In this document: positions 1 through 8,371 of the stretch, piece by piece
Position numbering within the stretch: position 1 is the first letter of the stretch
Layout: every line of letters begins with the position of its first letter
IMG/VR virus record: IMGVR_UViG_3300036802_000114
Coordinates: 1-37,785 of that record
Source: a virus
Taxonomy: Duplodnaviria > Caudoviricetes
Direction: 5' to 3' (one strand)
Length of the DNA: 37,785 bases
Translations under genes and position numbers: made by a program
Notes under the pieces: model-generated
What the model saw: the letters and a program-made list of their open reading frames with translations, nothing else
What the model was told of the DNA's origin: nothing
Databases searched by the model: none

Positions 1-2
1 TT

Positions 3-143
3 ATTCGACTTTTACCGCAGCAAGAACAGATTCCCTTCCATCAACTTTCATTATTTCCAGCTATGACTAGAAAACTCCTTGCCCTACTAAAGCATGCCCA
101 TGGATTAATAATATTTACTGGTCCAACCCATAGCGTCATATAA
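3..143 (+). pseudogene. comGA: 5' fragment (window-truncated) of competence ATPase ComGA, interrupted by the prophage
   Basis: Frame 3 reads IRLLPQQEQIPFHQLSLFPAMTRKLLALLKHAHGLIIFTGPT, then phage-derived HSVI*. This matches the ComGA/PilB segment leading into Walker A. Confidence 0.92.
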
Positions 144-147
144 ATAC
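123..147. other. Left att junction: core CCAAC plus attP half-arm TAGCGTCATATAAATAC (131-147)
   Basis: The arm is a 16/17 inverted repeat of 37642-37658. The rebuilt attP is symmetric about a central AC dinucleotide, as expected for a serine integrase. Confidence 0.9.
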
Positions 148-181
148 AACTAATCTAAATATCATTAAAAGGATGAAGCAA

Positions 182-403
182 ATGACCGTATTAATCAGGA
201 TTGATTATATAACAAACGACAATAAGGTAATGCGGCGGGGAGAATTTCCACTCAAAAGGAACACACCCGAACAAGCAGCCTACGAGTTTTGGCAGTGGAT
301 AAAGAACGAACATCCTTTTGCTTGTGAGTTAGAAACAGTTATGTGCGACAACGATGATATAACTGAAAAAGTAAAGGAATTAGATGCAGCTCCTCTTGAT
401 TAA
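182..403 (+). CDS. Small hypothetical protein (73 aa; alternative start 173), candidate recombination directionality factor
   Basis: AAGGA lies ~8 nt before ATG182. First gene inside the left att, followed by a terminator. Function inferred from position only. Confidence 0.7.
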   Translation: MTVLIRIDYITNDNKVMRRGEFPLKRNTPEQAAYEFWQWIKNEHPFACELETVMCDNDDITEKVKELDAAPLD

Positions 404-432
404 TTTTATTGAAAGCGATGATTTACCTTTTT

Positions 433-456
433 GAGCCCTACCAGGGCTATTTTTAT
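433..456 (+). terminator. Intrinsic terminator
   Basis: AGCCCT-acc-AGGGCT hairpin followed by ATTTTTA. Confidence 0.6.
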
Positions 457-483
457 TGCCACAAAGTATCCAAATTTATTAAT

Positions 484-509
484 AGGAAATATATAGAAAT
501 ATGTCGAAT
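484..509 (+). promoter_or_regulatory. SigH-like promoter
   Basis: AGGA-N18-GAAT (AGGAAAT...GTCGAAT) matches the Bacillus sigma-H consensus. Confidence 0.5.
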
Positions 510-537
510 GTAAGAGGAAGAAAGAGAGGTGATTATC

Positions 538-771
538 ATGCCATGGTGGATAAATGCATTTTGGGACTGGCTTTGGTATTATCGTCGAGGTAAAGTTAGA
601 TATCGAGTTTTTGATTATGGAGATACTTACTGTGCATCTGCATCAAATGGGAATACAGCAGTACATAATTGTTATGGTAGCACCCCAGAACAAGCCAAAG
701 AAATGGCTTTGTTTAAGTTAAAAAAGGCTATTAATGAAATTAAATCCCCCCCTCGTATGATCAGGGCTTAA
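538..771 (+). CDS. Small moron protein with a Trp-rich N-terminus and a HicB-like GxTPEQA motif
   Basis: GAGGTG RBS before ATG538. YCASASNG..CYGSTPEQAKEMA resembles the HicB N-domain GxTxEEA motif. Confidence 0.65.
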   Translation: MPWWINAFWDWLWYYRRGKVRYRVFDYGDTYCASASNGNTAVHNCYGSTPEQAKEMALFKLKKAINEIKSPPRMIRA

Positions 772-919
772 AATGAGATTTAATATTTCCTCTTCAACTT
801 TTTAAATAATAGGAAAATCAGTTACTATCTCACTACAAGATTTTTATTAGATTTAGTCTATTTGGACTTAACTTTTCTGCCAAATTAAGTGAAAAATAGA
901 CATATTTTAGCATTTCAGG

Positions 920-948
920 TTGATTTTAACGTATTATCCTAATATACT
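920..948 (+). promoter_or_regulatory. SigA promoter of the secreted-protein moron
   Basis: TTGATT-17 bp-TATACT. Confidence 0.65.
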
Positions 949-985
949 ATTATACTGTAACAATATGAAAGGGGAGGAAACATTT

Positions 986-1450
986 ATGAAAAACGCATTC
1001 CAAAAAATCATGATGGTTGTTGTACTGGCAATTGTAAGTTTTGTAGTATTTGGGACAGCCGGAAAGGCTTCTGCAGCAACCTGGCATGGATGTAGTCATT
1101 TGCTAGCTAATGGACATAATACGGGCGCTGCTTATGACTATGCCTTTGATGTGTGTGATACTGACGATTCTTCGAACGTTTATTTTTCAATAGTAAGTTC
1201 TGTTCCTGGTGCTATGTATAATGTCGGAGGGCTTTTTTATTATGATGCATTTTTATTGAGATGGAATGGATCAAGCTGGGTAAAAGATCGTTGGATAAAC
1301 GGGAATATGTTGACTTTGGAAACTAAAAGCCGTCAATTCAACAATGTTCCAATAACAGGAACTCCAACTCTTATTTGGGTAGATTTCTACTGGGCAGATG
1401 GATATAGCTTTTATTTGGGTTCATGCAGTACACCAGCTTGGGTTAGATAA
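986..1450 (+). CDS. Secreted protein moron (154 aa, Sec signal peptide)
   Basis: GGGGAGG RBS before ATG986. Basic N-terminus, hydrophobic core and ASA cleavage site; aromatic-rich mature domain. Confidence 0.85.
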   Translation: MKNAFQKIMMVVVLAIVSFVVFGTAGKASAATWHGCSHLLANGHNTGAAYDYAFDVCDTDDSSNVYFSIVSSVPGAMYNVGGLFYYDAFLLRWNGSSWVKDRWINGNMLTLETKSRQFNNVPITGTPTLIWVDFYWADGYSFYLGSCSTPAWVR

Positions 1451-1503
1451 AAAACTATCAAAAGCCTTTTAGAAGTGAACGACAAAATTTATGGCACTTT
1501 GAT

Positions 1504-1543
1504 AAAAAAGCCCCCTCTCGATTAAGAGAAGGGGTTTAATTTT
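1504..1543. terminator. Bidirectional terminator between the moron and the endolysin
   Basis: A-run, GCCCCCTCTC...GAGAAGGGGT hairpin, T-run, between convergent genes. Confidence 0.75.
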
Positions 1544-2608
1544 TTATTTAACTCGGATGCTTTTACCTGCGTAGATGGTATATTTGCTATCTAAGTCATT
1601 CCACGTTTTAATTTGGGCAAGCGTTGACCCATACTTTGACGCTAATTTTGAAACGGTATCACCTGACACCACTTTATGAAAACCAGCTTGAGTGGCTGTT
1701 TGAGCTGATTGTTGTTTTAATGCCGGATTATCGAGCCAGTAAAGGTTTGATCCATTATTCCCGTCTATCCAGAACTCACCGTGTACTGTATCTCCGCCGA
1801 CACAGTGCCACTGGGTGCCGTCTTTATTGACAATCTGGTAAATGTCAAATACCTCGTTAGGCACAGCGTCCCGGACATACCCAGCAGTATGACTGGGTCC
1901 TGTCCTAATATCAGTTTGGCACAATGCCTTTACGTGCATAATTACATGCGGCCCGGCTGGTTCCTTTACCTGTGCCCCTGTAAACCACTCTAAAAGCTTG
2001 CTGCCTGTTAATACGTTTAAATCTAAATTCCCGTCGTACCCAGGCAACCGACCGACTGATGTATATTGCCAAATGTCGCATGGAAAATCAGGTTTTGTAT
2101 TTTGCTGCCCATTATTTACTCCATAGCGTGGAATCCACACGAAATCAAAGAGACTAATGATTTTCTCAATCCACCAGGCTCGATATACGTTATGGGCAAC
2201 ATAAGCACCGACCTTTTGAATACCTTGTTTACGCAATTCATCAACATATGCTTTAAGGCCTTCCAACCTTTCTTGATTAGAAAATCTTGTGATGCCAACA
2301 GGATTACCGTTCTTATCAAACTCTGATTCAATATCTATGCACAAGGCTAATGATTCTTTATCCTGTCGTGCAGCTGCGTCCCTAGCTTCCACCCTTGCAT
2401 CATCAGTGGAGATAAAGGCAGGAAATGCATATGTCATAAAAGGGATACCATACTGTTTTGCACAGGAAACATGATCATTATATTCCGGGTCAGGACCGGA
2501 AGAACCATACTGGACACGAATAATAAGTAAATCTACGTTATTAGAAAAAGTCGGCCAATTAATCCTTTTACAAGATTGATATTTTGAAATATCTACAATG
2601 TACCCCAT
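1544..2608 (-). CDS. Endolysin: GH25 muramidase + SH3-like + LysM
   Basis: DISKYQ, DIE and WQYTS..G..DLN GH25 motifs; C-terminal HKVVSGDTVSKLA...IYAGKSIRV LysM. Confidence 0.93.
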   Translation of the reverse strand: MGYIVDISKYQSCKRINWPTFSNNVDLLIIRVQYGSSGPDPEYNDHVSCAKQYGIPFMTYAFPAFISTDDARVEARDAAARQDKESLALCIDIESEFDKNGNPVGITRFSNQERLEGLKAYVDELRKQGIQKVGAYVAHNVYRAWWIEKIISLFDFVWIPRYGVNNGQQNTKPDFPCDIWQYTSVGRLPGYDGNLDLNVLTGSKLLEWFTGAQVKEPAGPHVIMHVKALCQTDIRTGPSHTAGYVRDAVPNEVFDIYQIVNKDGTQWHCVGGDTVHGEFWIDGNNGSNLYWLDNPALKQQSAQTATQAGFHKVVSGDTVSKLASKYGSTLAQIKTWNDLDSKYTIYAGKSIRVK

Positions 2609-2868
2609 TACTTACCCTCTCCTTTACTGAAATTTTTTACTAGCTCAAACGCCCCTGTACTAGCCAAACCAGATGCTAATCCTCCGAGTAAGATCTGAGG
2701 AGTAAAGTCACCTTGATTAAGCCACACATTTAGTACAACTCCTAAAATGGCCATGATCAACGGAATATATTTATTAGGAACAAAATCTAAGCTATTTTTA
2801 ATGACATAACCTAACGCGATACAAATAGCTGCTACTACTAAAACAACATAATCCATTAAAATTTCCAT
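2608..2868 (-). CDS. Phage holin
   Basis: Small multi-TM protein with NKYIP and GLASTG motifs, directly upstream of the endolysin. Confidence 0.88.
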   Translation of the reverse strand: MEILMDYVVLVVAAICIALGYVIKNSLDFVPNKYIPLIMAILGVVLNVWLNQGDFTPQILLGGLASGLASTGAFELVKNFSKGEGK

Positions 2869-2869
2869 T

Positions 2870-3127
2870 TTACAAACCCCCATTTTTAGCATATTGAAAT
2901 AATAGGTTTATAGCGCCCACCAGCAAAGCAGCAATAACTGTCCGCCATAGCCATGTATTATTGCTCTCCAATTTATCGAGCCTTTTATGAGCGCTACTAG
3001 TGCTCTGTAATGCTTTTGTAGCGTCTTTTTCAACTCCGCTGATCATTGCCATTTTCGTTTCAATAACGATAAGTCGGTCTTTGATATCATCTAATTTTTC
3101 TTCTAATTTGCTGACGTTTTGCTCCAT
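2870..3127 (-). CDS. XhlA-like lysis accessory protein
   Basis: Coiled coil, SAHKRLDKLE..TWLWRT and a C-terminal TM, in the lysis cassette. Confidence 0.8.
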   Translation of the reverse strand: MEQNVSKLEEKLDDIKDRLIVIETKMAMISGVEKDATKALQSTSSAHKRLDKLESNNTWLWRTVIAALLVGAINLLFQYAKNGGL

Positions 3128-3156
3128 TGACCCGCCTCCTCAAAATAAAAGAGCAC

Positions 3157-3285
3157 CTAAACAGCTAGGTGCCCTAATCCTTCATCTTCCAAAATCTTTT
3201 TTACTTGCGGCTTAAGCAATTCCGGAACGTCCGAATATTGCTTTTGACCTTTGATAATGTACGTTGCAAATAGCATAGCTAACAT
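3157..3285 (-). CDS. 42-aa CD1375/XkdX-like small protein (absent from the ORF track)
   Basis: MLAMLFATYIIKGQKQYSDVPELLKPQVKKILEDEGLGHLAV; GGTG RBS; typical slot after the fibre chaperone. Confidence 0.75.
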   Translation of the reverse strand: MLAMLFATYIIKGQKQYSDVPELLKPQVKKILEDEGLGHLAV

Positions 3286-3291
3286 AGCGTA

Positions 3292-3627
3292 TCACCACCC
3301 TCCAAAGACTATTTGCGCCAGCTCCATTATGGCTAAAGCGTTCATGTCGTTTTGTTTCTGTACTTCTTCCAATTTTGCTTTTAATTGTTCCTTCTCTTCC
3401 TCAGCTGTCAAAAACTTTTCTAGGGCTGCCTTTTTATCGAGTGCCTTTATTTCATCTGTCAACGTGTCTGGTACCTTAACATCGTCATTTAGTAAAATAT
3501 GATTATCGTCGATAGATGAAAAAGAACCTCCATCGAAATAGAGGTCCTGTCCGTTTATTTTTGGATTTTCGATACCTTCATAGACGCTGGCTAACTCGCC
3601 ATTTTCATGATAGATTGCGATTTTCAT
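3292..3627 (-). CDS. Putative tail-fibre assembly/XkdW-like protein
   Basis: Follows the RBP; C-terminal coiled coil ending ALAIMELA. Confidence 0.6.
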   Translation of the reverse strand: MKIAIYHENGELASVYEGIENPKINGQDLYFDGGSFSSIDDNHILLNDDVKVPDTLTDEIKALDKKAALEKFLTAEEEKEQLKAKLEEVQKQNDMNALAIMELAQIVFGGW

Positions 3628-5993
3628 TATTTATACCTCACTACTAAAGTGGCGTTTGGCGCCATGTTCATATAATCCGTTGCCCCCGTAATATATGCCC
3701 CTAAACTAACGTCAATACTACCACTCGCAATATTTGTCTGAATTAAAGACGTGATATCAAACGACTTTGTCTCGCCTACTGCGATTGAAGTAGTTTGATA
3801 GTTGGCTGATATAGGAGGCGTACCATTTGGCCTGCTGGATCTGCTTGGATATTTATGTGTTCGTATATATGCTGTTCTTACGGCCGAAGACCCTCCTGCG
3901 TTACGAGTAATGGTCAAAGAAGCACTAACAATCGTTTTACTTCTGAGAGATGTTAAGTCAAAATACCATAATCCTGTCTGCTGTCCATAACCCCAATCAC
4001 CTTGAGAAACTCTATCGTTGTTGTATCCGCCAACACTTGACCAGCTATCGCCTCCTGCAGAAGTAAAGGTCACGGTTTGTTCGCTTGCTGGCGGTGGCGG
4101 CGGCGGCGCTGCTTCCCCGTTATTTATTCCTCCGCCCTCTGGGAACTCTGACCAAATATCATTTACCCATTTTGACCCGTCGTTCTTGTATGCCCCGATG
4201 ATTGATAATCCCCACCTTACGATAGAACCACTCCATCTGCTCCCTATTCCTTGTACAACACTTCCGTTATCAGCAAGGACGGCAATTGGGACACTTCCTG
4301 AGCAATTCGCTAAATATCCTTTACTTCTTAAAGCGTATAGTCCACGGTCTGATACACCATAAGCTTGGCACGTATCAATACTAAAATTCGGACAATTTTC
4401 CATCCAAAATGCGTGACTTGCTTTGTTATTACCGTACACTTTTACATCCTGCATATTCACAAAATCAGAATAATAACAATTAATCACAGATTGTCCACTA
4501 GTAGAGACATCTCCTTGTGCATCAAACGATTGGAATAAAAATCTTCCTCTTGAACATTTATTAATCGTAGTTTTACCAAATATTTTTGGCCTAGCACTTG
4601 TATTACCTACAATGAGTATATCCCCGTTGTGAAAACCAGTTACGGCAATACCACCGTAAATGTCATTTTTTAAATTTAGCTGTAGCCAAAAGCCATTTAA
4701 ATTTTTAGGCAATGAATTAATAAAGTTTTGCATATTTTTCTTGGCTGTTGCCCATGATAACCCATCGTTTGCATCATTTCCTGCCACGCTGTCAAAGTAA
4801 TAATTTATAAAACCGCCAGTCCAGACATTTTCGACATCACCGCGTATTTTGTTAGCACTTAAAGCAGGAAAATAGCCACCATCGACATCAATGCGACCTA
4901 CATCCTCTAACACTCCGCCGCCTCTGTCTGCGACAACCCTTAAAATCCCTTGGTTGCCTACTTGGCCTAATAAAAGGGAGACGCCTTCCATTGAGCCAGC
5001 AGTCATTTTACCTAAGTTTGCTGAGATGGCTGAAAGATCAGTCGCATTAAGTCGGTCAACATCGATCGACCTAGCGGCGATATTTCCACCCCAAATGACA
5101 GTAGTTCCCGCAGGTTTCCATGTGGACGCTTGAGTTTGCGTAGCATCCGCAACCTCCACCATAAAGGCATCCCAATAATATGTGCCTAAAGAGCTAATAT
5201 ATAGCATCGCTTTAGTAGCGCCTGCTGGAACAGTTACAATCGTTGCTAATCTTTGCCAACCTGTGTTACCTGAGACTGCTATAGTAGCCCCTAATACGTC
5301 CAATGCGGTATTATTAAATCTTAATCCTATTGCCTGATTATTACTTCCTGCTAAATCGCTCCTTACATAAGCACTTACAATTAACTTCTGTCCGGCAGTA
5401 ACAGGGATTGTAAAATCAGTCAGGCTCTTTGCTAAATAACCATTTCCGCCTATTGCTTGTAAAACCCTTCCGCCCGTAAGACCATTTGCATAGTCTAAAA
5501 TTTGGAATGTAGTCGCTGTTCCTTTTGTTACATAACCTGTACCGGTTGGTAATTGTGATAGTGTATCATATCCGTCTCTAACGATATTTGGATTCACACC
5601 AGTAGCTAAAAGGTCTGATGTTAAAGACCCTGCTTTCACTTGTCTTGCTGTTATGGCATCAGTTTGAATCTTTTCTGCCGAAACACTATTAGCTGCCAGA
5701 GCATCAGTTAAAATAGATTCAGGGACAATCAAGGAACCGTCCACGACAGTGGCTGTTGGCACCTTAACATGAGTCCCTTGTTTATTCAAAAATACTAATA
5801 AATCATCATCACCCAAAGTTGGAAATACGTTTGAACCATAAAAAGAAAGTGGATCTGAATATTTCCAATAAATGTAGACAAAGTTTGTATTCCCATCAGC
5901 AATTTTATATGTTTGTCCTTTATATGCGATGCTAACACCTGTCCATTTTATATACCCAGCTGACGGGGTATTATTTTTGACATCCATAGCCAT
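3627..5993 (-). CDS. Receptor-binding tail fibre/spike with a CBM-like domain and a pectin-lyase-like beta-helix
   Basis: N-terminal module shared with the upstream gene; 10-aa fibre repeats; CBM4/9-like segment (VTAGQKLIVSAYVR..WQRL..VPAGA); YFDSVAGNDANDGLS beta-helix start; poly-Pro linker; C-terminal beta domain. Confidence 0.75.
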   Translation of the reverse strand: MAMDVKNNTPSAGYIKWTGVSIAYKGQTYKIADGNTNFVYIYWKYSDPLSFYGSNVFPTLGDDDLLVFLNKQGTHVKVPTATVVDGSLIVPESILTDALAANSVSAEKIQTDAITARQVKAGSLTSDLLATGVNPNIVRDGYDTLSQLPTGTGYVTKGTATTFQILDYANGLTGGRVLQAIGGNGYLAKSLTDFTIPVTAGQKLIVSAYVRSDLAGSNNQAIGLRFNNTALDVLGATIAVSGNTGWQRLATIVTVPAGATKAMLYISSLGTYYWDAFMVEVADATQTQASTWKPAGTTVIWGGNIAARSIDVDRLNATDLSAISANLGKMTAGSMEGVSLLLGQVGNQGILRVVADRGGGVLEDVGRIDVDGGYFPALSANKIRGDVENVWTGGFINYYFDSVAGNDANDGLSWATAKKNMQNFINSLPKNLNGFWLQLNLKNDIYGGIAVTGFHNGDILIVGNTSARPKIFGKTTINKCSRGRFLFQSFDAQGDVSTSGQSVINCYYSDFVNMQDVKVYGNNKASHAFWMENCPNFSIDTCQAYGVSDRGLYALRSKGYLANCSGSVPIAVLADNGSVVQGIGSRWSGSIVRWGLSIIGAYKNDGSKWVNDIWSEFPEGGGINNGEAAPPPPPPASEQTVTFTSAGGDSWSSVGGYNNDRVSQGDWGYGQQTGLWYFDLTSLRSKTIVSASLTITRNAGGSSAVRTAYIRTHKYPSRSSRPNGTPPISANYQTTSIAVGETKSFDITSLIQTNIASGSIDVSLGAYITGATDYMNMAPNATLVVRYK

Positions 5994-6017
5994 TATTTTC
6001 TACCCCTCTCAAGTTGA

Positions 6018-6944
6018 TTAAAATAAAAAGTGTGTCGCTAAGTTTAACTTATCTTCTCCAACTGCCCCTGACCCTAAAGCGGCTCCATTTACAACACCTG
6101 TTCCAAATAAATTGGAGTTATTAATAGCACCTGTACCTAATTTCCCTGCGGTTACTGCCCCTGATCCTAGTTCATTCGAGGTAACAGCCCCCGCTTTTAA
6201 TGCATTTGTGTCTACAACATTTGCTGTAAAAAGGTTAGAGTTATTTACAGCTCCAGTTGCAATCTTTCCTGCTGTTACCGCCGCAGAACCTAACGCCGTG
6301 CTATCAACAACGCCAGACGTAAATAAGTTAGCATTATTTACTGCACCGGTTCCAATTTTACCGGCTGTGACTGCCCCTGCGGCCAATTGACCAGCTCCTA
6401 CTGCTAAATCACCAATTTTAGCAGCGGTAACTGCTTTACTTCCTAACTCATTCGACCCAACAGACCCGTCTAATAAAGCGCTACCAGGCGTCATTTTGCC
6501 GGGAGCCATCGTTAACGTAAAAGTACCACCTTCATTTACCCCAATTAAGATATCATCCTGGGTTAAGGTCGGTTTAGTATTGGACATTTGAAGCTTGGTT
6601 TTATCGGTTGCCGAGAACTGCCACCAGATATATTTAAGCGCCGAATTGCCATTTGCAATGGTGTAAGTTATACCTTTATAAACAATGTTTAAGTCAGTCC
6701 ACGCTACGGAACCAGCGATAGGAGAATTGTTTGTAAATACATAGCCATCAATCATGTGAGTAGCAATATTTAAATCTGATGTACTAATACGATGACCGCC
6801 TCTTTCAGCCTCTTTTAGCACGTTAATTCGATAGGTGACATCATGTAAGGCACTTGCTACCTCTTCGTGCATTTGATTTCTGCTTTCAGCAAATCCTTCT
6901 GAAATAACTTCATTTATAAATTTTTTCAGCCATTTTTTTATCAT
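6018..6944 (-). CDS. Tail fibre/adaptor protein with Gly/Ala-rich repeats (308 aa)
   Basis: AGGGGG RBS before ATG6944; AVTxxKIxxG-type repeats; three copies of AVTAGK(I/L)xTGA(V/I)NNxNLF. Confidence 0.75.
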   Translation of the reverse strand: MIKKWLKKFINEVISEGFAESRNQMHEEVASALHDVTYRINVLKEAERGGHRISTSDLNIATHMIDGYVFTNNSPIAGSVAWTDLNIVYKGITYTIANGNSALKYIWWQFSATDKTKLQMSNTKPTLTQDDILIGVNEGGTFTLTMAPGKMTPGSALLDGSVGSNELGSKAVTAAKIGDLAVGAGQLAAGAVTAGKIGTGAVNNANLFTSGVVDSTALGSAAVTAGKIATGAVNNSNLFTANVVDTNALKAGAVTSNELGSGAVTAGKLGTGAINNSNLFGTGVVNGAALGSGAVGEDKLNLATHFLF

Positions 6945-6958
6945 AAATAACGAACCCC

Positions 6959-8371
6959 CTAAAATAGCAAATGTGTAGCCCATTTCATTTTTTCTTCGTT
7001 GATTGCACCGGCTTCAATATTTTCGCTTTTAATAACTAAATTAGTAATTTTTTCGGTGGTAAAGTCAACTAAATCCTGTCTTACCGATACCGCCACCTGG
7101 TCAGTATGCTGTTTGGCTTTTTCTTCGACTTCGCTAGAAACAATATCAGCATGTTCTTTTGCGTTTTTTTCCGCTTCTACAGCGACAACCTCAGCAAATT
7201 CCTTAGCGTTATTTTCAGCCTGTTGAGCTTGCCTTTCTGCCTGTTCAATTGCTTGTATTAAAGCTGCCATTGTGGCTTTTTGAGACAAAATATTTTTAAG
7301 ACTAGTAATCTGTGCTTCTAAATCAGATTTCTTAAACTCGATAAAATTACCAAGCTTAAAGGATTGAATCATTTTAGTTGAGTGGGCTCTAATAACTTCC
7401 TGAATACGTGCCTCTAAGTAAAGGGGAGGCTTATACCCATCATCCTTAATTCTTACCGTTTGGCCAACACGAATTTTCTCATGAGACCGTCCAAAGATAT
7501 GTTCAAGACTAACCGCTTCGCATCCGTAACTAACAGCTGCATCGATGCGTTTTTTCAGTGCTGTTTCGGTCAGAGTTTTGAGACGATCTAAATTCATTTC
7601 TGTATCTTCTGATTCTGGCTCATACACTTCGATTAGGTGCTGGCCGTTACGCCCCCATCTCTGCAATGCTTCTTGATCTTCGACTAATACGGTTAGCCGT
7701 GTGCCATCTTCTTTTTGCGGACCGATTCCTAAAAGTGCCGTAACGATATGACTGCTATCCTCGATGCGCTCAATACCGATTAAATCTTTACCAAACACAA
7801 TCTCTTTGCCCTCAAAGCCGGCAATCTGCCTCCGCAAATCCACATAGCGACCAACAACTTTATTGCCATAAATCTCGATACGATAGCTGATTTCTAGCTC
7901 AAATGTAGATGCAATATTTTTTAATAGGGCGAGAGGATTAGTGTAGTCATCGATATTAATCGTTCGGATAAAAGTAAATTCAATATTACCAGGCTGCCAT
8001 TCAGTGCCCAATAATGCCGTACTAACCGCTGTGTATGATGTAGCACCTTGCAACGTTTGAGGCTCAATCACTTTAGCTTTTGCTAAATCTGTAAAACTAG
8101 CATTCGAACGCACGTCCTTTTCGCTACGTTTGTACTTTCTGGCATAAAATATAATGTACTCACGAAAAAAACCGTCCTCATCTTGGATGAGTAGGCGGTT
8201 TCGCTTTTTTAGGAGACTTGACTTATCCAGAGTTGCATTTGCGATAAAATCAAAGGTATTCTCATTATTTAGACTATCTTTTCTTGTATCGCCCCAGTAT
8301 TCAGCATTCTTATTATCAAGAGTACCGATTATTTCGTCTGTTTGGTGGTCTAAAATATGCACTAACGCCAT
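6959..8371 (-). CDS. Tal-like baseplate hub/tail spike (prophage endopeptidase-tail family)
   Basis: Follows Dit; motifs GKEIVFGKDLIGIER..IVTALLGIG and GQTVRIKD..LYLEARI; C-terminal coiled coil. Confidence 0.85.
   Translation of the reverse strand: MALVHILDHQTDEIIGTLDNKNAEYWGDTRKDSLNNENTFDFIANATLDKSSLLKKRNRLLIQDEDGFFREYIIFYARKYKRSEKDVRSNASFTDLAKAKVIEPQTLQGATSYTAVSTALLGTEWQPGNIEFTFIRTINIDDYTNPLALLKNIASTFELEISYRIEIYGNKVVGRYVDLRRQIAGFEGKEIVFGKDLIGIERIEDSSHIVTALLGIGPQKEDGTRLTVLVEDQEALQRWGRNGQHLIEVYEPESEDTEMNLDRLKTLTETALKKRIDAAVSYGCEAVSLEHIFGRSHEKIRVGQTVRIKDDGYKPPLYLEARIQEVIRAHSTKMIQSFKLGNFIEFKKSDLEAQITSLKNILSQKATMAALIQAIEQAERQAQQAENNAKEFAEVVAVEAEKNAKEHADIVSSEVEEKAKQHTDQVAVSVRQDLVDFTTEKITNLVIKSENIEAGAINEEKMKWATHLLF

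Noticed and set aside
3627-6944. Diversity-generating retroelement or shufflon acting on the tail fibres
   Set aside because: No reverse transcriptase, no near-identical TR/VR pair and no inverted fibre cassettes; the similarity is at protein level only.
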